NCBI RefSeq assembly: GCF_018350175.1
Contig: NC_058368.1
Coordinates: 103,852,001-103,916,000 of the forward strand
Direction: 5' to 3'
Source of the DNA: Felis catus
Lineage: Eukaryota
DNA length: 64,000 nucleotides
The translations under genes and the position numbers were made by a program. Positions 1 through 10,257 of this stretch are shown one piece after another. The first letter of the stretch is position 1. Every line of letters starts with the position of its first letter. The notes below the pieces were generated by a model. The model was given only the letters and a program-made list of their open reading frames with translations. It was not told the origin of the DNA and made no database searches.

Positions 1-392
1 CAAAGTCTAGGACTGGATGGCTTCACTGGGAACTTGTACCAATCCTTCTCAAACTCTTCCAAAAAAATAGAAGAGGAGGAAACATTTCCAAACTCAGTTG
101 ATGAGGCCAGGATTACCTTGATACCAAAACCAGATAAGAACACCCAAAGAAAAGAAAATATAGGCTGATATCCTTGATGAACATAGCTGCAAAAATCTTC
201 AACAAAATATCAGCAAACCAAATTCAACAGTATATTCAAAGGATCACACACTGTGATCAAATGGGATTTATTCCAGGGATACAGGGATGATTCAACATCT
301 ACAAATCAATCAGTTCAATACACTACATTAACCACATGAAAAATAAAAATCATGATCATCTCAACAGATGCAGAAACGCATTTGACAAAATG
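1..392 (+). mobile_element. L1 ORF2 fragment (reverse transcriptase N-terminal region), decayed
   Basis: Translates to L1 ORF2-like [65 protein letters not shown], with a stop and indels; runs off the window start. Confidence 0.9.
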
Positions 393-708
393 TTAAAATT
401 AGTGTTTTTTTAAAAAAGCTTTAGAAGAAGATTAAACTGTTAAAAATGATCAAGATTGACTTAGTTTGTACTTTTCCCTATATGTTTGTTTATAATTAGA
501 AAAATTAAAACTCAGAAAATATTGATTACTATGTTTTCCATCTCCCTGACAATGATGCCTAAAAGAGTTACAAATTCACATTTACTGATAGAGTTGGCTA
601 AACATTGTCAAAGAAGTCAAAGATGACATGATCATATAAATTATCCATGCAAATTATGAACTGTGTGTAAATTATATTTATTTTTTTCCTTTATCAAAAT
701 TATGTCAG

Positions 709-1350
709 CGGTGCCTGGGTGGCTCAGTTAGTTAAACATCAAGATTCTTGATTTTGGCTCAGGTCATGACCTCACAGTTTGTAGGTTCGAACCCCGTGTA
801 GGGCTCTGCACTGTCAGCTTGGGATCTCTCTTTCCCTCTCTCTGCCCCTGCCCCACGCCCTATCTCTAAATAAATAAATAAATAAACATACTAGGGGCTC
901 CTGGGTGGCTCAGTCAGTTAAGTGGCCGACTTCGGCTCAGGTCATGATCTCCCGGTCGGAGAGTTTGAGCCCCGCATTGGGGTCTGTGCTGACAGCTCAG
1001 ACTGCTTTGGATTCTGTGTGTCCCTCTCTCTCTGCCCCTAACCCACTCGCATTCTGTCTCTGTGTCTTTCAAAAATAAACATTAAAAAAAATTTTTTTAA
1101 ATAAACAAAGCAAAACAAAAACAAACAAACAAACAAATAAAACCTTATGCCGGGGGCACGTGCATCTGAGTCTCGAGTTCCACTCAGGTCATGATCCGAG
1201 GGTCATGAGATGGAGCCCAGTGTCAGGTTCGCGCTGGGTTGAAGCCCACTTAAGATTCTCTCTCGCTCCCTCTCTCTCTGTTCCCCCTCTGTTTGCTCTG
1301 TCTTTCTCACTCTCTGTCTCTCAAAAAAACAAAATAAAACAAAACAAAAA
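709..1350 (+). mobile_element. Cluster of three Can-SINEs (~709-888, 894-1100, 1152-1350)
   Basis: tRNA-derived heads (GGTGGCTCAG..TTAA, CAGGTCATGA), CT-rich bodies, A-rich tails. Confidence 0.9.
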
Positions 1351-1755
1351 AACCTCTGCCAATAACTTGATAGCCTCTATCAAAGGCCTTATCAGGGATT
1401 CCTTGGCCTCTAGGAGATAAAGGAGAAATGGATTAATCCAAAGCAAGCAATCTCCTTAGAAAAACCACTCAAAATTCAGTCCATATCATTTTTAGTAGCA
1501 AATGCCATTTTTAAGAACAAGACCTAATATTTGCCAAACAAATATCTGGGTCTGAGATTCTGGTTAATCAAACACAAAACACGTACACTGATTAAAAAAA
1601 AAAAAAAAACAGTAACGTATAATACAGAGAACAGACATTCGCACTTCTGACCAATAGACACTGTAAGTCCCATTCAAAGCGTGGAATTTCATTCCAGGAG
1701 GCAACAAAATTTTCATAGTGTCAAGGGGAATTCTGCTTCCACTTAAGATGTGGAA

Positions 1756-1948
1756 CAAGTGTTGGCCAACTTTTTCTGTAAAAGACTAGATAGTAAATAA
1801 TTTTTGCTTTACAGCCATATGGTCTCTGTCATAATGACTCAGTTTTTAGTCACAGAAAATATGTAAACAAAATGAGCATGGCTGGGTTTCAGTAAAACTG
1901 TATTTATGGAAACAGGGGACGGGCACAGATCAAAGTTAGCCAACGCCT
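1756..1948. mobile_element. MER58-like hAT non-autonomous DNA transposon
   Basis: GTTGGCCAACTTTTTCTGTAAAAG..TAGTAAATA..CATGGCTG..AGTAAAACTGTATTTATGGA resembles MER58A. Confidence 0.7.
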
Positions 1949-2029
1949 AATATACAAAGTCACAAGTGAATGTTATTCTCACCCCAACAATGAGAGCAAG
2001 CTGAGTAATACACAAAGAATGCTTTTTTG

Positions 2030-2128
2030 AGAAGCACCTGGACTTCTGATTCAGGTCATGATCTCACAGTTCATCAGTTCGAGCCCTGCTTCGGGCATCA
2101 CACTGCCAACATGGAGCCTGCTTGGGAT

Positions 2129-2174
<46 letters not shown>

Positions 2175-2245
2175 CTCCCCCGCTCCTGCTCACTTGCTCT
2201 CTCTCAAAAAAAAAAAAAAAAAGAAAAAAAAAAAAACTTAACAAA
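2030..2245 (+). mobile_element. Can-SINE with partly deleted head
   Basis: CAGGTCATGATCTCACAGTT..GTTCGAGCCC, (CT)n, poly(A). Confidence 0.9.
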
Positions 2246-3764
2246 AAAGCAGAGACTATATCAGAGACACAAAATCACTGGATAAACTAACAAACTAAAA
2301 GCCAGGGTGACAAGCTCTTCCAAGAAAATCCAAGAACCACTAATTATTCCACGTCTGATAGAGCAGCCAGAAGAGGAAGAAACTGCCATAGATGCAAATA
2401 AGAAAAAACGCTACACATTTAACAACATCCTGAGAGCCAAGTAAGGTTGGTATAACAAGTTAGGGTCCCCGGGAGCCCCAGACACACAGTCTATCCTACT
2501 CATCAACTTTTCCACAGATCTAAACCAAGTGGTGATAACCAACGGGTCACAGGGCTTGCCTAAGTCTGAGCAGGTGCACAAGAGAAAGCTTCCGGCACTT
2601 GGGATCCTGCATGAGCACAAGCCATGGTAGTACATGGTAGTACCAGAAGCAGCGGTAGACTTTCTGCTTCTGCGTCTTTTTTTTCCCCTTTTCTGTTTCT
2701 GATTCTTTTAAATGCAGCAAAACACGAGGACTTCTTCATTTCATTCCAGTCACATATGTATAAATTTATATCTAAATTTTTCCTACCAAAAACACATCTC
2801 CATCACAAGATTGGTCCTAAGAATTCAGATATTGCCAACCGCTGAAACAAAATTCCCAGATGAAAATCTGAAACCACTGTATTTGACTAAGTTGTTTGGT
2901 TATGCTCTTGCTTTTTAAGGATGGCTTTTCAAACTTCTTGTTTGTTAGGGTTGTTTTCAGTTATTAAAATTTGCTGATAACGCTGAAGTTTTGGTGTTAG
3001 GTTTGTTGAATTGTTTGCTTAAAGATTTTTAACTGATTATGAAGAATAACATGCAAAAAGATTCAGAGTGCTTTTATAAAAATGTTTCATGTTATTGGGA
3101 GACACTTAGGTTGGCTTAAAAGTCAATGTTTGAAGATTCGAACACTTCCAGTCTGATTGAGGATGGGCACGATAGAAAGAGAAAGAGCCTCCTGACAGAC
3201 TGGTGCCTTATTTTGTTTTGTGTACATCAGCTTTGCTACAAAACTTGTTATTTTCTTACTTTTTGTAATGATAACAATGGGTTTCTAAAGTTCATTATTT
3301 CAATGTGGAACTTTGTTACTGAATCCTACAGTATCATTGGCAACAAGGTCATTTGTATCACTTGCAACAAAATGAAGTCACAGCAACTTTAATTCCATAA
3401 ATGAGGGGAAAAAAGTGACTCACTATTGGAATTACTGGGTACAGCATCTGAGGACACTCACAAAATATTGGCATATATAACTACACAGCTTTCTGCTAAT
3501 GGAGCCGACATTGTGATAACTATTGCTTCACTCTTGTACGTGCACAAGAAAATTTGAAATTGAAAATGAACACAATTAATTTTGAAGAGGACTCATGTGA
3601 TCTACAGAAAAGTCACACATCACAGAGTCAGTGTACCTCATAGAGCTGCACATGTTTAACAACTGCCTTTGGGCAGAGTCTTTAAAAGCTACAAACTTTT
3701 GCAGTAGTTGCTAATGGTCCTTCAGTAAATCAGTGTCTTCTGCTTTTGTTGTGGGGTTTTTTTC

Positions 3765-3869
3765 CGGTTTTATTTATTTAAGTAATCTCTACACCCAACG
3801 TGGGGCTTGAACTCACGACCCCGAGATCAAGAGTCGCATGCTCTTCCAATTGAGTTAGTCAGGTGCCCC
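3765..3869 (-). mobile_element. Short Can-SINE (tRNA-like head plus tail)
   Basis: TAAGTAATCTCTACACCCAACGTGGGGCTTGAACTCACGACCCCGAGATCAAGAGTC..CAGGTGCCCC. Confidence 0.85.
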
Positions 3870-3871
3870 TG

Positions 3872-3872
<1 letters not shown>

Positions 3873-3916
<44 letters not shown>
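3873..3916. repeat. (TG)n microsatellite
   Basis: Uninterrupted TG run. Confidence 0.95.
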
Positions 3917-3917
<1 letters not shown>

Positions 3918-3920
<3 letters not shown>

Positions 3921-4839
3921 AATAGACTTTATTGTTTAGAGTAGTTTTAGGTTTCCAGCCAAATTGAGCAGGTACAGAGATTTCCCATATGTCTTCTGCC
4001 CCACACATGCACAGCCTCCCCATTATCAACATCCCCCACCAGAGTGGTACCTCTGATCAAATCAATGAGCCTACATGCCACATCATTACCAAAGTCCCTA
4101 TTTACATTAGGACTCACTCTTGGTGTTGTACAATCTAGGGGTTGGGAAGACGTATAATGATGTATATTCACTATTACAGTTTAATGCAGAGTAGTTTCAC
4201 TGCCCTAAAAACCTTCTGTTCTCCATCTATTTATCCCTCTCCCTCCTCCATCCCCAGTAACCACTGATCTTTTTACTGTCTTCATAGTTTTGCCTTTTCC
4301 AAAATGTCATAGAGTCGGAATCAAAGACTATGTAGCCTTTTCAGATTGGATTGGCTTCTTTTGCTCAGTAATACGCACTTAAAGTTCCACCACATCTTTT
4401 CATAGCTTGATGGCTCATTTCTTTTTACTGCTGAATAATAGCCCATATCTAGATGTATATAGTTTATTTAGTTTATTTACCCATTCACCTAGTGAAGGAC
4501 ATCTTGGTTGCTTCTAAATTGGAGCAAGGATGAATAAAACTCCTATATACATCCATTTGCCGGTTTTTGTGTGGACATAAGTTTTCAACTCCTTCAGGTA
4601 AATACCAAGAAACATGATTGCTGGATTATGTTTAGTTCTATAACAAACTTCCAACAAGGCTTCCAAAGTGGCTGCACCATTTTGCATTCCCACCAGCAAC
4701 GAATGAGAGCTCCTGATGCTCCACACTCACTTGGACATTTGGCATTGTCAATATTCTGAAGTTTGGCCATTCTACATGATATATAGATGCCAACAGGTAT
4801 ATAATGGCACCTCACTGTTGTTTTAATTTGCATTTCCCA
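3918..4839 (-). mobile_element. Old L1M 3' region (ORF2 end plus 3'UTR)
   Basis: Minus ORFs MQIKTTVRCHY.., CWWECKMVQPLWK, LGIYLKELKTYVHTKT; whole insertion bounded by the 13 bp duplication GTCTTCTGCTTTT at 3735-3747 and 4840-4852. Confidence 0.9.
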
Positions 4840-4912
4840 GTCTTCTGCTTTTCATGTGGTCAATGGTACCACTATGGTGGTCAAAGTAAATAGCAAATAT
4901 TACCCATTCATT

Positions 4913-4919
4913 ATTCTAT

Positions 4920-4966
<47 letters not shown>

Positions 4967-5166
4967 TGTTTACTTATTTTTGAGAGAGAGAAACAGAGGA
5001 TGAGCGGGGGAGGAACAGAGAGAGAGGGGGAGACACAGAATCTGAAGCAGGCTCCAGGCTCCGAGCTATCAGCACAGAGCCCGACGTGGGGCTCAAACTC
5101 AGGAACGGTGAGATCATAACCTCAGCCAAAGTCGGACGCTTAACCAACTGAGCCACCCCGGTGCTT
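4913..5166 (-). mobile_element. Can-SINE (SINEC_Fc-type) with (TTTA)n tail
   Basis: GAAGCAGGCTCCAGGCTCCGAGCT..AAAGTCGGACGCTTAACC. Confidence 0.9.
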
Positions 5167-5254
5167 CTCATTATCCAATTTAGTAGAAAGTTTTTAGTAT
5201 TTAATTTTTACAGACGTCTACTTCCATTTTTTGAGGTCTTTGCAGACTAAAAGG

Positions 5255-5542
5255 TTTGCTGCAACCCCAACTAACAATTCTCCAGAGTCGGCATAGAAAT
5301 GCCCTCAATGCTGTGTTCCCTCAGTGGAATAATTCTAAATGTGCGTTTTGTACTACTCCCAGCGTCTCTCTGCAGAATTAAGTTCTAGTCATGTATTATG
5401 GGAAATGGCTTAACTGTGCACCCTTTACTGGCCTCCTTCCTCTCCGATTCCCTCCCCGTCTACCCTACTGATATTACCTGCACTCCATATATAAAGTACC
5501 TTCACTCTAATCTTTGTCTAAAGTTCGGCAAAACTAAGACCT
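5255..5542 (+). mobile_element. ERVL LTR16-like solo LTR fragment
   Basis: ..AATTAAGTTCTAGTC..CCTTTACTGGCCTCCTTCC..ATAAAGTACCTTCACTCTAATC..AAACTAAGAC resembles the LTR16 3' half. Confidence 0.5.
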
Positions 5543-6129
5543 TTGTAGATTGATGGCATAAAATGAATAATGAAATCTCTCTGTAAGAGCAGTCAGACTG
5601 TTTCTCTCTGTGCACTTCTATTTCAGCACACGTTTCATGAGCATCTAACCCATAATTTCCCACTGATCCCACTGAATGTCAAACCTATGGCTTCAAGCGC
5701 TCCAGGCTGAAGCATTGGCCTGTGCACAACTGCCTAGTGCTCCAGGTGACCTGAAGGGGCAGCAGCACCAAATATTTCTGGTGCGCAAAACTGGAAGGAG
5801 TTAACTGTCTCTAGTCATCAGGACTCTTCATTCTTATCACTGAACACCCTGCATGCTTGTCTTGAAAGAGACATATTGGTCACATTGCCAACACAGTGCT
5901 CATAGGTCTCACCTATTTCTCAACAAGACCATGGACGTATCCAGAGGCACAAAATGGAGGTCTGCTTAACACCTTTCAGCTTATTTTAAGGCAACTAACA
6001 ATAATAATATTTCATTTCCTATGAAATGCTAAACAGGGTACCAGGATATTACAGATAAACCAGGTGTATCTCAGGCAAACAGGTATATACTTTCCCAAAC
6101 TTAATGAGATTGAAGTCACTGGGGCAGAC

Positions 6130-6605
6130 ATTAAGTGCTGACTACACAAAAGCCGTTACTCTCTCCACTTCACCGCTGGGACACTAGAGCACCTTCTCAT
6201 GCTCCCTGCACCTGTGGGCGGTGTCATGACCCAGTTCTCGTCAACGATTCGTAAGTAGATGCTAGTGGGTGGGACTTTGGAGAAAGCTTCTTGGAGCAAG
6301 CAGACTGGCATCCCCTTCAGCTCTTGGCCAGTCAGGCTTTCCCTTTCTATTTTCTTTTCTTTTTTTTATATTCAAAAATGATGGCTTGATATGCAATAGT
6401 CCTCTTCCAACAGTGAAGAATGAGGAAAGATGGCAATAAAGATGCCTAAATGTTTGATGTTTGATGGTATTGTTGACATTGTGGAGTAGTTTCAACAGTC
6501 TCTGAAAATCTGATCATATATATATAATCTTTCTCTGTTCAAGTAACAGGGTTTACTTCTTCACTGAAATGCAGCCAAGTTCTTTCAGTATAGAATACCT
6601 AACAC
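6130..6605 (+). mobile_element. MLT1 (MaLR) LTR, decayed
   Basis: TGTCATGACCCAGTTCT..GTAAGTAGATG..GGGACTTTGGAGAAAGCTT pattern typical of old MLT1. Confidence 0.5.
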
Positions 6606-6778
6606 TCATTATACCTATAGAAGTGCTTCTCTCTCTACCAGTCTCTGTTAACTCTCACTAAGTTGCCCTAAAATAGAAATAGAATGGTAATGACTTAGGA
6701 CTGGTATATGTCACATCTAAAGTTCCATTTGAATTCAATAATTAAAAAAAAAAAAAAAAAAAAAAAAAACCATTACCA

Positions 6779-7090
6779 GGACACCTAGGTGGTTCAGTCC
6801 ATAGAGTGTCTGACTCTTGATATTGGCTCAGGTCATGATCTTGCGAGTTCATGGGATTGAGCCCTGCATTGAGCTCCGTGCTGACAGCGTGAAGCGTCCT
6901 TGGGATTCTCTCTGTCCTCTCTTTCTGGCCCCTCACCCCGCTCTCTCTCACACGTGTGAATTCTCTCTGTCTCTCTCTGTCTCTCTCTCTCTTAGAACAA
7001 ATAAATGAACATTTTTTAAAAAGATTCTCTCTCTCCCTCTTCCCCTCACCCCCATTCACATGCTCTCTCTCTCTATAAAAGCTTTTTTAA
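6779..7090 (+). mobile_element. Can-SINE followed by a second copy of a SINE 3' part
   Basis: Full SINE ~6779-7020, then GATTCTCTCTCTCCCTCT..CCCCATTCACATGCTCTCTCT again. Confidence 0.85.
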
Positions 7091-8907
7091 TTTAAAAACA
7101 CTACCAAGAAATCTTAATATACTTACTTTATTTTCCAATTATTGAGCATTTCTTAAAAGCTGCCTGATATTTAATCTTAATGCATGTAAGTCTGTATTGA
7201 AAACTGCTTGAAGGCAAATACAGGATCATATACTTTGGCTGACCTTATGAAATTTGTCAATAATTAAATGGAAGCACTTTGCACATCCTTTTAATTTTCC
7301 CAATATCAGGAACTGTTAGAAGTGTTTTCTTAAAGATTTATGTTTTAAATGTTTTTAAAAGTTCTAAAAACTTTCTCTGATTCAACTTATTCCAAAAATT
7401 AGCTTGAAAAGTAGATTTCCTTCTTTCTTAGTTTAGGTAAACTGAGTTTTATATCCTTTAAATTTTTTTAAGTTGATTGGCAAGAAGCCAGCTTTCAAAA
7501 CTTTCCAAATTAGCCACCTGACTTAGTTATAAAAAGAAAAAAAAAAGCAAATAATTCACTTGAATCCCTCCCACAAAAAAAAGCTGTTTTTTACTTTCCT
7601 TAGAGTAGATCTGCTTTTAAATGAGAAGATGATTGTAAATCCTGGTGAATTGCTCATAGACTGTGTTATATTGTTCCCTGGGATGAACTTTAAAAGGCAT
7701 CTTGTGATTTATGTATTTGTGATCAAAATAAAGACAGCCTTTTACTGTGGGAGCAATCTGAATCCTATTTTATGTGCTTAGTCAAATGCTAGGTATACGA
7801 CTGAAGCAGAGGAATGAAGAAGAGAGCAACATTAGGTCTCGGCACTGGAATTTACCTGGATCTGTAAGATCTAAGCACAGATCACTTGATTGGTCACACA
7901 CTGTTCTGCTAGGATCCACCTGATAATTTCTACGCGTGGATCAGCCTTTTCCCCCAACCACACTGGGTTGCTGGCGGGCAGGAGATGTGCCTTTGATGCA
8001 TCATTTTCTATCTTCCCTGCATGACGTGCTCCTGGGCACATAGTTGAAATGGAATGAATACCATTGAAATGATGGTCTGACACCTCATAAATTGATAGCT
8101 TTTTGGGGAGAGGAAGCCCTTCCAGTGATTACTAAAGGGAGGAGAATAGAGTGTCCTTGATTTCCAGTGTCTGTAAGCACATATTTAATAAGACAGCTTC
8201 TCAAGGGCATTTCTTTCCACTTTGAAAATCACTTGGAAAATATTTAGCACCTGTTCTTGGAATCAGTCTTGACTTGAAAGAAAATGCCCATGAATTCTTT
8301 CAGAATTATTTCTTCTGTATTCTTCCCTGTCCTTATTGTATTCTCATACTGCCAAAAACAAAAAAACACACAAAACTTCAATAATCTCGATCGTGCACTA
8401 AATGAAGCAATCCTTTCCCTCGACTTTAAGGCCTCCAGTGTGCCCTTCTAACTTCATCAGCTACTACAATTATTTGTTCCAGCCATATAACCTGAAATAG
8501 TCCCTACACGTAATTCGTGCTTTCCTGCTTCTCACTGTCTTGCTACCTGAACACTTTCCTACAACCTTCGCCGGTCCGGATTCTACGCCTCTGTGATGAC
8601 GTCATCCTCCATGCTCCTCTTAAAGGGATACGAGCTCTTTCATCCTTAAAACCTCCTTGGTCTTTTGTAAGGCTTCCTAGGGCTCTTGTTTGATTTTGTC
8701 ATAGGAAGTGAGAAGATATCCTTTGCGCAGTTTCCTCAGCCTATCCTACAGGACTAGAAAACCCCAGCTATTCCTTGGGCACTGGGCCTGGAACAGCGAG
8801 TTCTCTCTGTGTTGGCACTGAACCCTCACCACAACCTGCATTACCATCTCCCTTTTACAGATGAATTAAAGCTAAGTAGAGGGCGGGGACTCAGATTTAG
8901 GCTTACA

Positions 8908-9021
8908 CAGGGGTGGCCGACAGCCCTGATTTGCCTGGCGTGAGGAATTTCCCGAGATGCTGGACTTTTCAGCACTAAAACTCAGACAGTCCTAAGCAAA
9001 ACAGGATGGTTGGTCACTGCT
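8908..9021. mobile_element. MER94-like hAT-Blackjack MITE
   Basis: Ends GGGTGGCCGACAGCCCTGATTTGCCTGG.. and ..CCTAAGCAAAACAGGATGGTTGGTCAC are imperfect inverted repeats; middle GGACTTTTCAGCACTAAAAC. Confidence 0.75.
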
Positions 9022-9780
9022 GACAGAAGTTGTGTCCTCTCATGAACAGTCAGTGCATACCTCACACCCAAAGGCCCAGAGGTGGGAGGAAGTGGCCATT
9101 ATGGTCCAACAGGCAGGAGCTTCCCCTCCCCCACACTCACCCCAGTCTGCCCCAGTCCTTGGCAGAGCTGGGTCACAGTGACCTGCGGCCAGGAAGGGAA
9201 GCCCAGACTGGGGTGTGGCTGGAGGAAGTCTCTCCCACATCTACGCTCCCCAGCTCCTCCCCCCTAAGCTTCAGTTGGTTTCTCTCAGAGACATGACTGC
9301 CAAATTTGGAGGACTTTGATGGCTTACTGGGTACTAGCTAGATACCTGCACTCTCACCCACTAAAGGGAGAAACACAACAAAATGCAGGTCCTTGCAGAG
9401 TTGCAAGAAGATGCTGGAGAAATACATTGTACCCAAACACTTGATGGACCAAGTCACTCAATCCTTTCAGACACACCAAGGCAAGGCCTAACTCCTCTGG
9501 AAACCCAGACTGCTCCAGAAGTACTGACAGACCCAAGGCTGACAATTCTGTACATCTACACAGGTGCAAACAGCAACCATTTGGCATAAACTGGTCATCT
9601 AACGCTACTCGCCCCGACGCATCCCAGATAGCCAAGGTGTGCAGAAGCAGGCCAGACTGACATTTCCTGGAACTTCAAGTCTAGTGAAGTTCCCCATGTT
9701 TTATTGGGGCCTAATTACGATGTCGATCCTCAGACTCAAATGTTCCCAATCCTGTCTGCCCATTATAATCACCTGTGAAG

Positions 9781-10000
9781 GGGCACCTGCGTGGCTCAGT
9801 CGGTTAAAGCATCTGACTTCGGCTTAGGTCATGATCTCGAGGCTCGTTAGTTCGAGCCCCACGTCGGGCTGTGCGCTGACAGCTGATAGCCTGGAGCCTG
9901 CTTTGGATTGTGTCTCCCTTTCTCTCTCCGCCTCTCCCCCACTCACACTTTGTCTCTCTTTCTCTCAAAAATAAATAAACATTACAAAAAATCTTTTTTA
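9781..10000 (+). mobile_element. Can-SINE (SINEC_Fc-type)
   Basis: Full head, body and tail; flanked by AATCACCTGTGAAG / AATCACTTGTGAAG. Confidence 0.92.
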
Positions 10001-10021
10001 ACAATCACTTGTGAAGATTTT

Positions 10022-10257
10022 GGGCGCCTGGGTGGCTCAGTTGGTTAAGCGTCCGACTTTGGCTCAGGTCATGATCTCACGGTCCGTGAGTTCGAGCCCT
10101 GCGTCGGGCTCTGTGCTGACAGCTCAGAGCCTGGAGCCTGTTTCCGATTCTGTGTCTCCCTCTCTCTCTGCCCCTCCCCTGTTCATGCTCTGTCTCTCTC
10201 TGTCTCAAAAATAAATAAATGTTAAAAAAAAATTTTTTTTATTAAAAAAAAAAAAAA
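10022..10257 (+). mobile_element. Can-SINE (SINEC_Fc-type, CpG-rich)
   Basis: Full element; flanked by AATCAYTTGTGAAGATTTT copies. Confidence 0.92.

Larger units (their letters stand above)
2690..5240 (-). mobile_element. hAT-Blackjack-like transposase fossil, interrupted by an L1 and SINEs
   Basis: Minus-strand pieces translate to HSGTIDHMKSRRH, SKLIVFIFNFKFSCART, VIPIVSHFFPLIYGIKV and DSVTKFHIE, in the order expected for Blackjack-type hAT transposases; many stops and frameshifts. Confidence 0.7.
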
